From an uncultured delta proteobacterium (GTDB taxonomy: Bacteria > Myxococcota > Myxococcia > Myxococcales > Anaeromyxobacteraceae), in NCBI GenBank assembly GCA_963845515.1, contig CAWJSR010000026.1, positions 32,001-96,000 of the forward strand: a stretch of 64,000 nt of DNA, in the 5' to 3' direction. The stretch's first letter is position 1; each line of letters starts with the position of its first letter. The notes beneath the pieces were generated by a model. The model ran no database searches and had not been told where the DNA came from. It saw only the letters and a list, made by a program, of their open reading frames with translations. The translations under genes were made by a program, and so were the position numbers. This document shows, in pieces, positions 35,781 through 44,890 of this stretch.

Positions 35781-36647
35781 ATGAAGCCAGAGCTGGTCAC
35801 CGACCCTGCCGTTTGGCAGGCGCGCTGCGCTGCTGCCCGCGAGGGCGGCGCCCGAGTCGTCCTCGTCACCACGATGGGGTTCCTCCACGAGGGCCACCTG
35901 TCACTGATGCGCGAGGCGCGCGCACGCGCCGACGCGAGCGGCCGGCGGGGCCTGGCCGTGGCGACGATCTTCGTGAACCCCACGCAGTTCGGCCCCACCG
36001 AGGACCTCTCCCGCTACCCCCGCGACCTCGACGGTGACCTGGAGAAGTGCGGAGCGGCGGGCGTCGACTGGGTCCTCGCGCCGTCGTCGCCGTCGCTGGT
36101 CTTCCCACCGTCTCACCAGACCTGGATCGACGTGACCGGGGTCTCCCAGGGGCTCTGCGGCGGGCAGCGGCCCGGCCACTTCCGCGGCGTGTCCACGGTC
36201 GTCGCCAAGCTCTTCAACATGACGCGCCCGCACGTCGCGCTCTTCGGCGAGAAGGACTACCAGCAGCTCCAGGTGATCCGGACCATGGCGAGGGACCTCT
36301 TCATGGACGTCGAGGTCGTCGGGATGCCGATCGTGCGGGAGCCGGACGGGCTGGCCCTCTCTTCGCGGAACACCTACCTGTCGAAGCTGGAGCGGGAGCG
36401 GGCGCTCGCGCTCTCCCGCTCGCTCTTCGAGGCCCGCGACCGGGCGGCAGGCGGGGAGCGCGACTCCTCCACGCTCCGCGCGGGGATCGAGCGGGCGCTG
36501 TCGGCCGGGGTCGACCGGATCGACTACGTCGAGATCGTCCACCCCGAGACGCTCGCGCCGGTGGCGCGCGCCGAGCCCGGGGCGATGGCGCTCGTCGCCG
36601 CGTACGTCGGCAAGACACGGCTCATAGACAACGTGAAGCTGCCATGA
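35781..36647 (+). CDS. panC: Pantoate--beta-alanine ligase
   Basis: TMGFLHEGH; IFVNPTQF; RPGHFRGV; FGEKDYQQ; LALSSRN; TRLIDN. Confidence 0.97.
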   Translation: MKPELVTDPAVWQARCAAAREGGARVVLVTTMGFLHEGHLSLMREARARADASGRRGLAVATIFVNPTQFGPTEDLSRYPRDLDGDLEKCGAAGVDWVLAPSSPSLVFPPSHQTWIDVTGVSQGLCGGQRPGHFRGVSTVVAKLFNMTRPHVALFGEKDYQQLQVIRTMARDLFMDVEVVGMPIVREPDGLALSSRNTYLSKLERERALALSRSLFEARDRAAGGERDSSTLRAGIERALSAGVDRIDYVEIVHPETLAPVARAEPGAMALVAAYVGKTRLIDNVKLP

Positions 36648-37141
36648 GCCGCCACCCTTCCGGCGGAGGCAAGAAGCCGCCCGAGGGCGTGAAGGTCGTC
36701 GCGACCCACCGCCGCGCCCGCTTCGAGTACGAGATCGAGGAGCGGATCGAGGCCGGCCTGGCGCTCACGGGCAGCGAGGTGAAGTCGCTGCGGGACGCCA
36801 ACGTCAACCTCGCCGACGCCTACGCGCAGGTGAAGGGGGACGAGCTCTACCTCGTCAACTGCCGCATCGGCGAGTACGCGCAGGCAGCCCACTTCGGCCA
36901 CGCGCCACTCCGCGAGCGGAAGCTCCTCCTCCACCGCTCGGAGATCGAGAAGCTGCGCGGAAAGATCGAGCAGCGCGGCTACACGCTCGTCCCGCTCCAG
37001 CTCTACTTCAAGGACGGCTGGGCGAAGGTCGAGCTTGGCCTGGGCCGCGGCCGCACCCATGAGGACCGCCGGGACGCCATCGCCGAGCGCGAGTCGAAGC
37101 GCGAGATGGACCGCGCGATGGCGCGAGGACGGCGGCGGTAG
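36644..37141 (+). CDS. smpB: SsrA-binding protein SmpB
   Basis: ATG 36644; RARFEY...EAGLALTGSEVKSLR...RKLLLHRSEI...LVPLQLYFK. Confidence 0.96.
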   Translation: MSRHPSGGGKKPPEGVKVVATHRRARFEYEIEERIEAGLALTGSEVKSLRDANVNLADAYAQVKGDELYLVNCRIGEYAQAAHFGHAPLRERKLLLHRSEIEKLRGKIEQRGYTLVPLQLYFKDGWAKVELGLGRGRTHEDRRDAIAERESKREMDRAMARGRRR

Positions 37142-37243
37142 GCTCCTGCCACCCCAACGGGGTCGGCGGCCTCCTCGGACCGGACCGGGGTACGATGCGC
37201 GGACGCCGTCCACCGACGGTCACCCCTCGCCGGAGGCTCCCAC

Positions 37244-37798
37244 ATGAAGCCGCACAAGCCGTCGACCGCTCGCGCCATCGCCGCTGCCGCGCTCCTCCTC
37301 GCGCTCTCCCCCGGGGCGGTCGACGCCGCCGAGGTGGGAGAGCTCCTGCCCAACGTCGAGCTCCGCGACGCCACCGACAGGCGGGCGAAGATCCCGGACC
37401 TCGGGGCCAAGGTCGTGGCGCTCTTCTACAACGACGCCGACGAAGCGGACATGAACGACCCGCTCGCCGACGCCATCAAGGCGAGGAAGTTCGACGAGGA
37501 GCGCTACCGCGGCGTCGGCGTCGCCAACCTCGCCGACTCCAAGGCGCCCAACTTCCTCATCCGCAAGATCGTCCGTGGGAAGATCGAGAAGTACAAGTCG
37601 ACCATCCTCACGGATCCCGACCGGCTCCTGGCGAAGGCCTGGAAGCTCGGGGACTGCAACAACACCTCGGTCTTCCTGCTCGTCGGGACGGATGGGAAGG
37701 TGGTGCACGTCCAGCGCGGGCCGATCCGCGGTGACGACATCGGCAAGATCGTCGAACGGATCGCCGGGCTCGTGGCGGCGGCCGCGCCGGTGAAGTGA
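37244..37798 (+). CDS. Secreted thioredoxin-like protein (YtfJ family)
   Basis: Signal peptide; VGELLPNVEL; GVANLADS..PNFLIR; IL.DPDRLLAKAWKL; GGAGG RBS. Confidence 0.7.
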   Translation: MKPHKPSTARAIAAAALLLALSPGAVDAAEVGELLPNVELRDATDRRAKIPDLGAKVVALFYNDADEADMNDPLADAIKARKFDEERYRGVGVANLADSKAPNFLIRKIVRGKIEKYKSTILTDPDRLLAKAWKLGDCNNTSVFLLVGTDGKVVHVQRGPIRGDDIGKIVERIAGLVAAAAPVK

Positions 37799-37807
37799 GC
37801 TCTCTTC

Positions 37808-37873
37808 CCACTCCATCACTGATGGAGTGGCCGCCCCCTCACCCCTCCCTCTCCCCCGGTGGGGGAGAGGGGA
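37808..37873 (+). repeat. Hairpin plus the ~40-bp palindromic repeat between convergent genes
   Basis: CCACTCCATCA-c-TGATGGAGTGG (37808-37830), then CCCCTCACCCCTCCCTCTCCCCCGGTGGGGGAGAGGGGA (37835-37873). Confidence 0.78.
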
Positions 37874-38204
37874 AGGGCCCCACCGCCTTGCGCAGCGTGT
37901 CCCAGGTGTAGAGGCCGGTGGAGTGGCCGTCGGACCAGCTGATCTGGATGGCGTAGTTGCCGACCGGCTCGATCCGGAGCGGCCGGATGTCGTCCGGGAT
38001 GGAGGCCGGATCGAGCACCTTTCGCCCCGACCACTCCTCCACGCACTCGGCGCACGGACAGTGATCGCGCACCTGCTTGAACGGCACCTTCACCTCCGGC
38101 TCGCCCGTCCAGACGATCCGGAGCTGGCCGTCGTCGGTCAGAGCTATCTCCTCCGGCGGCGCGGAGTGGGAGGTCTTGAAGTCGATGCGATCGAGGAGGC
38201 CCAT
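37839..38204 (-). CDS. DUF971 / gamma-butyrobetaine-hydroxylase-N-like protein
   Basis: LRIVW...RDHCPCAEC...IEPVGNYAIQISWSDGHSTGLYTWD. Confidence 0.88.
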   Translation of the reverse strand: MGLLDRIDFKTSHSAPPEEIALTDDGQLRIVWTGEPEVKVPFKQVRDHCPCAECVEEWSGRKVLDPASIPDDIRPLRIEPVGNYAIQISWSDGHSTGLYTWDTLRKAVGPFPSPPPGEREG

Positions 38205-38238
38205 GCAGGTATGTTGATTGCGCGCGGAGGGCTGCGCG

Positions 38239-38982
38239 TCAAGCGGATCGCGCGAGCGCGGCCACCAGGTCGGCGCGATCCTCCAGCGGGCTGCGGCAGG
38301 GCGGTCCATCGGCCACCAGCAGCTCCGACGCCCCCAGCTCGCCCGCCAGCCGCAGGAAGGTCGCGGAGCGGGTCCCGTAGACCGGATCCATGTGGATGCA
38401 GGTCGAGGTCCGCGCGCCGGGATCCGAGGCGTGCAGCGACATCACCTCGCGCAGGTGCGGGATCGAAGGCTCGACCGGCCAGCGGCTGCGGACCAGGTCG
38501 CCGCGCGGCCCGTCGCCGAAGGGCGAGCTCTCGGTCACGAGGTGGAGCCCGGGGCCGAGCGTCTCGACGCCGGCCCGCTCCCCGTCGTACCACCAGAGGA
38601 ACGCCTCGCTCGCGTCGGCCACCACCAGGTGGAAGGGGTTGAACGTCGCCGGGTCCAGCGCGGCGACCGCGCGCCGGGCGTCGGCCACCGTCGGGTGCGC
38701 GAGCGCGAGGCCGACGACCTCTCCGCGGGAGCGGCGGGCGGAGTCGGGGTACCAGTCGAACGGCGCGTGGTAGTTGGTCAGGCCGGCGAAGAGCCCGCGC
38801 GACGAGAGGCCGATCCAGGTGCCGCCCGCGACCTGGTCACGCGGCGCCGCGTACCGGATGCCGTTGGTGCCGTCGCGCAGCCCCCAGCCCTCCGAGGTGC
38901 GGTGGAGCCGCTCGTCGCGGTTCGCTGCGACCACCAGGGGCCAACGGCGGTCGGCCTGGAACGCCACGGCGAGCGTGCACAT
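38239..38982 (-). CDS. NRDE-family (TANGO2-like) protein
   Basis: MCTL...LVVAANRDE...RDQVAGGTWIG...LTN...SRG...YGTRS. Confidence 0.92.
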   Translation of the reverse strand: MCTLAVAFQADRRWPLVVAANRDERLHRTSEGWGLRDGTNGIRYAAPRDQVAGGTWIGLSSRGLFAGLTNYHAPFDWYPDSARRSRGEVVGLALAHPTVADARRAVAALDPATFNPFHLVVADASEAFLWWYDGERAGVETLGPGLHLVTESSPFGDGPRGDLVRSRWPVEPSIPHLREVMSLHASDPGARTSTCIHMDPVYGTRSATFLRLAGELGASELLVADGPPCRSPLEDRADLVAALARSA

Positions 38983-39034
38983 GCCCATTTCTTAGCACGC
39001 GCGGGGGCTCGACGCCGGTCGGGACCGAGGCTGC

Positions 39035-39074
39035 CCCCTCACCCCGCCCTCTCCCCCGGTGGGGGAGAGGGGAG
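39035..39074 (+). repeat. ~40-bp palindromic repeat (BoxC/REP-like)
   Basis: CCCCTCACCCCGCCCTCTCCCCCGGTGGGGGAGAGGGGAG, nearly identical to the copies at 31021 and 37835; lies downstream of pckG. Confidence 0.8.
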
Positions 39075-39093
39075 GTGATTCGAAGGGCCGCGG

Positions 39094-40881
39094 CTACTTC
39101 TCGGACGCGCGGCGGGCGCCCTTCACGCGCTCGAGGAGCGCCTGGCGGGTCAGCTCGAGCGAGCGGGGGAGCGTGGCGCCGAGCTTGTCGTACCACTCCT
39201 TCTGCGACTCCAGCTCCTGCTCCCACTCGCCGAGGTCGACCCTCATCGCTGCCTTGAGGTTGTCGAGCTTCATGTCGAGCCCCGCGAGGTTGATGTCCTC
39301 CTGGCGCGGAACCCAGCCGACGAGCGACTCGCGCGCGGGGACGCGACCGTGGGCGCGGTCGAGCACCCACTTGAGGACCCGCATGTTGTCGCCGTACCCC
39401 GGCCAGAGGAACCGGCCGTCCTGGCCCTTGCGGAACCAGTTGACCATGAAGATCTTGGGCGGGTTCGGGATCTTCGTCTGCATGTCCAGCCAGTGCTGGA
39501 GGTAGCTCCCGGCGTCGTAGCCGATGAACGGGAGCATCGCCATCGGGTCACGCCGGACGACGCCGACCGCGCCGGTGGCGGCGGCGGTGGTCTCGGAGCC
39601 GAGCGTGGACGCGAGCTGGACACCGTGCAGCCAGTTGAACGACTGGAGCACGAGCGGCATGGTGGTGGAGCGCCGGCCGCCGAAGATGAGCGCGGAGATC
39701 GGAACGCCCTGCGGATCGTCGTAGAACCGCGAGAGCGCCGGGTTGTTGATCATCGGCGCGGTGAAGCGGCTGTTCGGATGGGCCGCCTTCTCGGTCGAGC
39801 CCCGCTGCCACGTCGCGCCCTTCCAGTCGATCGCCTCGACCGGCGCCGGGTCGTCGTGCCCCTCCCACCAGACGTCGCCGCCAGCGGTCCGCGCCACGTT
39901 CGTGAAGAGCGTGTTCTTCTCCATCGAGCGCATCGCGTTCGGGTTGGTCTTCCGGCTCGTGCCGGGGACCACGCCGAAGTAGCCGGACTCGGGGTTGACG
40001 GCCCAGAGCCGACCGCCCTCTCCGACGCGCATCCAGGCGATGTCGTCGCCGATCGTCCGGACCTTCCAGCCCTCGAAGGACGCGGGGGGGATGAGCATCG
40101 CGAAGTTGGTCTTGCCGCAGGCGCTGGGGAACGCGGCCGCGATGTAGCTGACCTCGCCCTCGGGGCTCTGCGCCTCGAGGATGAGCATGTGCTCCGCGAG
40201 CCAGCCCTCGTTCTGCGCCTGGTAGCTGGCGATGCGGAGCGCGAGGCACTTCTTGCCGAGGAGCGCGTTGCCGCCGTAGCCCGAGCCGATCGACCAGATC
40301 GTGTTGTCCTGGGGGAAGTGGCAGATGAAGCGGCGGTCCGGGTTGCAGTCAGCGACCGCGTGCAGGCCCCGGTTGAAGTCGTCGGTGTCGCCGAGCCGGT
40401 CGAGCGCGACCTTCCCCATCCGCGCCATGATCCCCATGTTCAGGACAACGTAGATGGAGTCGGTGATCTCGATGCCGACCTTCGAGAAGGGGGAGGTCGC
40501 GGGCCCCATCACGTAGGGGACCACGTACATCGTCCGGCCCTTCATCGCGCCGTCGTAGAGGCCGCCGAGCTTCTTGTAGGCTTCGGCCGGCGCCATCCAG
40601 TTGTTGGTGGGGCCCGCCTGCTCCTTCGTCGGGGTGCAGATGAAGGTGAGGTGCTCGACGCGGGCGACGTCGTTCTGGTTGGAGTGGTGGTAGTAGCAGC
40701 CCGGCCACTTCTTCTGATCGAGCGGGATCAGCACCTTCTCGGCGACGGCTCGCTCGGTCAGGCTCTTCCGCTCGGACTCGCTCCCGTCACACCAGAAGAC
40801 GTTGTCCGGCTTGCAGAGCTTCGCCATCTCTTCGACCCAGCCGATGAGATGGGGGTTCTTCGTAGGACGCTCGTTGGACAT
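39094..40881 (-). CDS. pckG: Phosphoenolpyruvate carboxykinase (GTP)
   Basis: DVARVE; GSGYGGNALLGKKC; AAAFPSACGKTN; IGDDIAWM; AHPNSRF; RRDPMAMLPF. Confidence 0.97.
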   Translation of the reverse strand: MSNERPTKNPHLIGWVEEMAKLCKPDNVFWCDGSESERKSLTERAVAEKVLIPLDQKKWPGCYYHHSNQNDVARVEHLTFICTPTKEQAGPTNNWMAPAEAYKKLGGLYDGAMKGRTMYVVPYVMGPATSPFSKVGIEITDSIYVVLNMGIMARMGKVALDRLGDTDDFNRGLHAVADCNPDRRFICHFPQDNTIWSIGSGYGGNALLGKKCLALRIASYQAQNEGWLAEHMLILEAQSPEGEVSYIAAAFPSACGKTNFAMLIPPASFEGWKVRTIGDDIAWMRVGEGGRLWAVNPESGYFGVVPGTSRKTNPNAMRSMEKNTLFTNVARTAGGDVWWEGHDDPAPVEAIDWKGATWQRGSTEKAAHPNSRFTAPMINNPALSRFYDDPQGVPISALIFGGRRSTTMPLVLQSFNWLHGVQLASTLGSETTAAATGAVGVVRRDPMAMLPFIGYDAGSYLQHWLDMQTKIPNPPKIFMVNWFRKGQDGRFLWPGYGDNMRVLKWVLDRAHGRVPARESLVGWVPRQEDINLAGLDMKLDNLKAAMRVDLGEWEQELESQKEWYDKLGATLPRSLELTRQALLERVKGARRASEK

Positions 40882-41053
40882 CCGCGTGTTCCCTTAGGTT
40901 GTCGGGCGGGAGAAACCGTCCGGAGTGGAGTCACGGAGGCGCTGCGGGGCTGCTAGGCGCGCGCAACCTAGCACAACCCCCCCCCCTTGCGGAACCGAAG
41001 TGAGCCCCTTTTTACGGCTAGCTGCCCGGCCAGCTGGCACCACCCAAGGGCCG

Positions 41054-42691
41054 CTATTTCTTCAGCTTTTCCCTGAGCAGGTCTCCGAGCGTCCCGAAGC
41101 CGCTGCGCCCCTGTCCCTTGAACGGGGTGCTCTTCTGCATCCAGTCGCGCGCCTCGGCACGCTCTGCGGCGGCCTCCGCGCCTGCGCGGGAGAGGCGGAT
41201 GCGCCCGCGCTCGTCGATCGCCTCGATCAGCGCGCCGAACCCGTCGCCCACCTTGAACGCCTTGCGCAGGTCGGAGCCGCGAGGCGTCCCGGTCTCGCTC
41301 GCCGGAACGAGGCCCCGGCCGCCCGCGAAGCGGACGAAGAGGCCGAAGGTCTCGATCTTGTCGACGGTGACCTCGACCACGTCGCCCACCCTTGGCTGCG
41401 GGGGCGGCGCGACCGCCACGCGGGCCGGCTCGGTGGAGGCCACCGGCTCGGGGCGCGGGGTCAGCGCCCGGACCGAGAGGCCGATCCGCTCACCCTTCTT
41501 CTCGTCCTGGTCGATCCGGAGGACCTGGACCTGGACCTTGTCGCCCGACTTGAGCAGGTCCTGCGGCTTGGACACGCGGTCCCACGCCAGCTCGGACACG
41601 TGGACGAGCCCCTCGATGCCGCCGAGGTCGACGAAGGCGCCGTAGTCCTGCACGCTCGTCACGGTCCCCTCGAAGACGGCCCCCGGAGCCAGCTTCTCCC
41701 GCGTCTCCCGGGCCTTCCCCGCACGCTCCTCCTCGAGGAGCGCGCGCCGCGACAGGACCACGTCCCGCTCGTCCGCCTTCTGGACCCGGAACGCGAGCTT
41801 CTGGCCGATGAGCGTCGTCGCGTCTCCGACGAAGCGCACGTCGATCTGGCTCATCGGGCAGAAGGCGCGGACGCCGTGGACCTCGACCTCGATGCCGCCC
41901 TTGTTCACCGCCTTGACGATCCCCTCGACCGGGAGGCCGGTGCCGGCGGCCTCCATGACGGCCTCGCGGCCGTGGTCGCGGTGCTGCGCCTTGCCGCGCG
42001 AGACGACGACGCCGCGCTCGCCACCCTTGACCACGACGGCGTCGATGATGTCGCCCTCGCGGAACGGGACGTTACCCTCCTCGTCCTTGAGCTCGACCGT
42101 CTCGATCATCCCGTCGGCGAAGCCGCTGCCGAGCTCCAGGAAGACGACGTCGTTGCCGATCTGGATGATCTTGCCGGCCACCTTCTCGCCCGGCTTGAAG
42201 ATGCGCTTCTTCGCAGGCGCCCCCTGGCTGGAGGCGAACATGTCGGCGAAGGAGCCCTCGTCGGGCGCCTCCACCTCGGGCACTGGAGGGAGATCGATGG
42301 GGGCAGGCGGAGGGGAAGCGGCAGCGCCCTGCTGGCGATCCTCGCGCGGGGGGCGATCGCGCCGCCCCTGGCCACCGCGACCCGCGCCGCCGCCGGGCCT
42401 GCCCTGGCCGACCGGCCGGCCTCCACCCGGTCCACGGTCCGGCCGCGGTCCGCGAGGGGGCTGTGGGGCAGCGCCGGCAGACGGGGCGGGGCCGGCGGCG
42501 CCCTTCTTCTCGTCCGCGAGCCGCTGCCAGAGCGGCCGGGAGTCTGGAGCTGCTGCGGGCGCCGCGGCCGGCTCGGGGGCGAGCGTCTCGACGACGGTCG
42601 GCTCGATCTGCGTCCCCTCGGGCGGCGGCTTCACGTGCCCCTTCCGGATCACGACCGGACCGGGCGACTCGGGCTTCTTCTCATCTGCCAT
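41054..42691 (-). CDS. S1 RNA-binding domain protein (RpsA-like paralog) with a low-complexity N-terminus
   Basis: Four S1-like repeats (e.g. EGTVTSVQDYGAFVDLGGIEGLVHVSEL); C-terminal FGTLGDLLREKL; start MADEKKP at 42691. Confidence 0.88.
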   Translation of the reverse strand: MADEKKPESPGPVVIRKGHVKPPPEGTQIEPTVVETLAPEPAAAPAAAPDSRPLWQRLADEKKGAAGPAPSAGAAPQPPRGPRPDRGPGGGRPVGQGRPGGGAGRGGQGRRDRPPREDRQQGAAASPPPAPIDLPPVPEVEAPDEGSFADMFASSQGAPAKKRIFKPGEKVAGKIIQIGNDVVFLELGSGFADGMIETVELKDEEGNVPFREGDIIDAVVVKGGERGVVVSRGKAQHRDHGREAVMEAAGTGLPVEGIVKAVNKGGIEVEVHGVRAFCPMSQIDVRFVGDATTLIGQKLAFRVQKADERDVVLSRRALLEEERAGKARETREKLAPGAVFEGTVTSVQDYGAFVDLGGIEGLVHVSELAWDRVSKPQDLLKSGDKVQVQVLRIDQDEKKGERIGLSVRALTPRPEPVASTEPARVAVAPPPQPRVGDVVEVTVDKIETFGLFVRFAGGRGLVPASETGTPRGSDLRKAFKVGDGFGALIEAIDERGRIRLSRAGAEAAAERAEARDWMQKSTPFKGQGRSGFGTLGDLLREKLKK

Positions 42692-42765
42692 GGGGCCGGT
42701 TTCATAGCAGATCCGGGCAGAGGTTGGATCTCGCCAAGGAGCGAGCCGCCGGATATGAACCCCGG

Positions 42766-43116
42766 ATGCCCGGCGCAAGAACCGTCGTCTTCCTCTCCCA
42801 CGCCGACGCCGGCGCCCTGCGCCTCGCAGCCTCCTGCGCGCTGACCGCCGCGGCGATGGGCGACCGCGTCGACGTCTTCCTCTTCGGCCCGGCCGTCAGC
42901 GCCGTCGTAGAGGCGGCAGACGACTCCGAGGCCGACGAGGAGCTGGCGATGCTCGCGAAGGCCCGCGGCTCCGGCTGCCGGCTCATCGCCTGCTCGGCGA
43001 GCGTCGTCGCGGAGAAGGTCCAGCTCGCCGACGCCGAGCGCGCGCTCGACGCGGTCGTGGGGTGGCCCACGATCCTCGACTGGTCCCGGGGAGTGGTGGA
43101 TCGGTTCTTCTTCTAG
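42766..43116 (+). CDS. DsrE/DsrF-like protein
   Basis: ALTAAAMGDRVDVFLFGPAV...CRLIACSAS...VVGWPT. Confidence 0.75.
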   Translation: MPGARTVVFLSHADAGALRLAASCALTAAAMGDRVDVFLFGPAVSAVVEAADDSEADEELAMLAKARGSGCRLIACSASVVAEKVQLADAERALDAVVGWPTILDWSRGVVDRFFF

Positions 43117-43135
43117 CTCCCTCGGGCCGCAGCCG

Positions 43136-43909
43136 TCAGGGGAGCCGGTAGGTCACTGCCGCCGCGATCGGGATGAGGTTGGAGTTCGCCTCGGCGGAGA
43201 CCTGGAAGTAGACGAAGTAGGCGTAGGTCGAGTTGTCGATCCTGGCGCCACCGGCCTCGGTCTTGCCGACGCGGACCTCGCCGCTCGCGCCCTGGGTCGC
43301 GACGCCAGCCAGGACCGTGTCATCGCTCCGGTACAGGTACGCCGCGCCGTCCACGCGCTCGTCCGCGTCGAAGTAGGTGAACGAGAAGGCGGTCACCGTG
43401 GCGCCGTCCGGGAGCTGGATGGGCGTGACGAGAAAGTCGTCCGCGCCCTGCGTCTGGAAGCGCCCCACGCCTCCCGGTACGGTGCCCTGCGCCGTCCCCG
43501 TGGTCGAGTGGCGCGGGATCGCCGCGACCGCGGCGACGGACACGACGCCCCTGGGGAGCCGCTGGCACACGACGCTCCCGTCCGGCCCGACGAGCCGGAT
43601 CGCCGAGCCGACGGCGCACGTGCCGGTGATCCGCGCCTGCTTCGCGGCGACCTGCTCGCTCGTCTTCACGATCTCCTCGGAGTGCATCTCGAGCGCGCCG
43701 GTGACCTCGGACGGCATCACCTGGAGCGGGAGCCTGCCGGTGGAGACCCGCGCGGCGTCGATCGGACGTCCGCCTGGGTAGGCTGCCGAAGACTCCCGGC
43801 CGGTCGCGGCGGGGTCGGCGCGCTCCGATAGGTGCCGCGTGTACGCCGCCCAGGAGAGCGCTCCCGCCGCGGCAGCCCCCAGCGCTGCGATCACCCGTGC
43901 CTTGTTCAT
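43136..43909 (-). CDS. Hypothetical membrane-anchored or secreted protein
   Basis: ATG 43909 after GGGAGGG; N-terminal hydrophobic segment; QARITGTCAVGSAIRLVGPDGSVVC motif; beta-rich C-terminus. Confidence 0.65.
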   Translation of the reverse strand: MNKARVIAALGAAAAGALSWAAYTRHLSERADPAATGRESSAAYPGGRPIDAARVSTGRLPLQVMPSEVTGALEMHSEEIVKTSEQVAAKQARITGTCAVGSAIRLVGPDGSVVCQRLPRGVVSVAAVAAIPRHSTTGTAQGTVPGGVGRFQTQGADDFLVTPIQLPDGATVTAFSFTYFDADERVDGAAYLYRSDDTVLAGVATQGASGEVRVGKTEAGGARIDNSTYAYFVYFQVSAEANSNLIPIAAAVTYRLP

Positions 43910-44070
43910 CGTCCCTCCCGCCGCCCTCGGTTCGTGGCATGGGGCGCGACGCGGCGCAACGGGTTCGAGCACAGGCGCCCGGCGGGACCTCGCGCGCGCA
44001 CGGCCATGTCTGCTGGGTGCCCCCCCCTCGGATGGTGATGCGCGCCCCTCGTGAGCGTAGAGTGGCACCC

Positions 44071-44292
44071 ATGCGCCATCCGTCGCGGCTGACCGCCGAT
44101 GAAGTCGTGGCCCGTCCGACCTCGTTTCTCGTAGGGGACCACAGCGTAGTCGTCGCTCAGGTCACGCCGTCATGGCGCTGGACCGTGACGGTGGATGGCC
44201 GTCCCCTGGAGGGGACGTTCGAGACCCAGGCCGAGGCCTGGGAGGCCGGCGTCCGCGACGCGGATCGGGTCGACCAGGGTCGCGGGGCCTGA
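44071..44292 (+). CDS. Hypothetical 73-aa protein
   Basis: MRHPSRLT...WRWTVTVDG...FETQAEAWEAGVRDADR; coding-like codon usage. Confidence 0.55.
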   Translation: MRHPSRLTADEVVARPTSFLVGDHSVVVAQVTPSWRWTVTVDGRPLEGTFETQAEAWEAGVRDADRVDQGRGA

Positions 44293-44314
44293 CGCTTTCG
44301 GCAGCGGCCGTCGC

Positions 44315-44677
44315 CTACCCGCCGAACGCGGCCAGCCAGGAGGTGATCAGCTCCTCCTTGGTGGGCGCGGCGGCGTAGTAGCCGACCACCGAACCGGGCG
44401 GCGCTAGCATCACCACCGAGGTCCCGCCCTCGTCCGGAACGCCCAGCTCGCGGAGCAGGATCGGACCGGCCGGATCCCACGGGTCGAACGAGACTGCGGA
44501 GCTCGAAGGGAAGCGCGGATCGGCCTGCAGCGCGCGAACACCGCCAAGCGACTGCTCCGCGTCCATTCCCGCGTGCGGCACGCAGACGAAGAGCACTTCG
44601 CCGCGCGAGAGCGCGGCGCGGCACAGCTCCAGTGAAGTGGTGGTGGACCTCTCCTCGACGGCGACCATCCCAGCCAT
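44315..44677 (-). CDS. Hypothetical protein, possibly thioredoxin-like fold
   Basis: GGAGG RBS; VLFVCV...LLRELGV...VVMLAPPGSVVG; upstream TTGACG-N17-CAAAGT promoter-like motif. Confidence 0.5.
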   Translation of the reverse strand: MAGMVAVEERSTTTSLELCRAALSRGEVLFVCVPHAGMDAEQSLGGVRALQADPRFPSSSAVSFDPWDPAGPILLRELGVPDEGGTSVVMLAPPGSVVGYYAAAPTKEELITSWLAAFGG

Positions 44678-44830
44678 CCCCGAACCTCCTGCGACCCCGT
44701 CCGGCTCGCCCAGCCCGGCACCTCGTCGCCCCCGGCCGACCGATATCGGCGCTGGGAGACTTTGAGCCTCCGGTACGCGAGCGTCAAGGAACGATCGCGG
44801 ACCGGTCGGGGCGAGACATTCGAGCGCGCC

Positions 44831-44864
44831 AAAAGAGAGAGGGCCGCCACTCGGCGGCCCTCTC
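44831..44864 (-). terminator. Intrinsic terminator of the citrate synthase gene
   Basis: Minus strand GAGAGGGCCGCC-GAGT-GGCGGCCCTCTC followed by TCTTTT; begins 26 nt after the stop. Confidence 0.8.
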
Positions 44865-44890
44865 GGTCCTTCAGGTGCTGGCGCGAGTCG

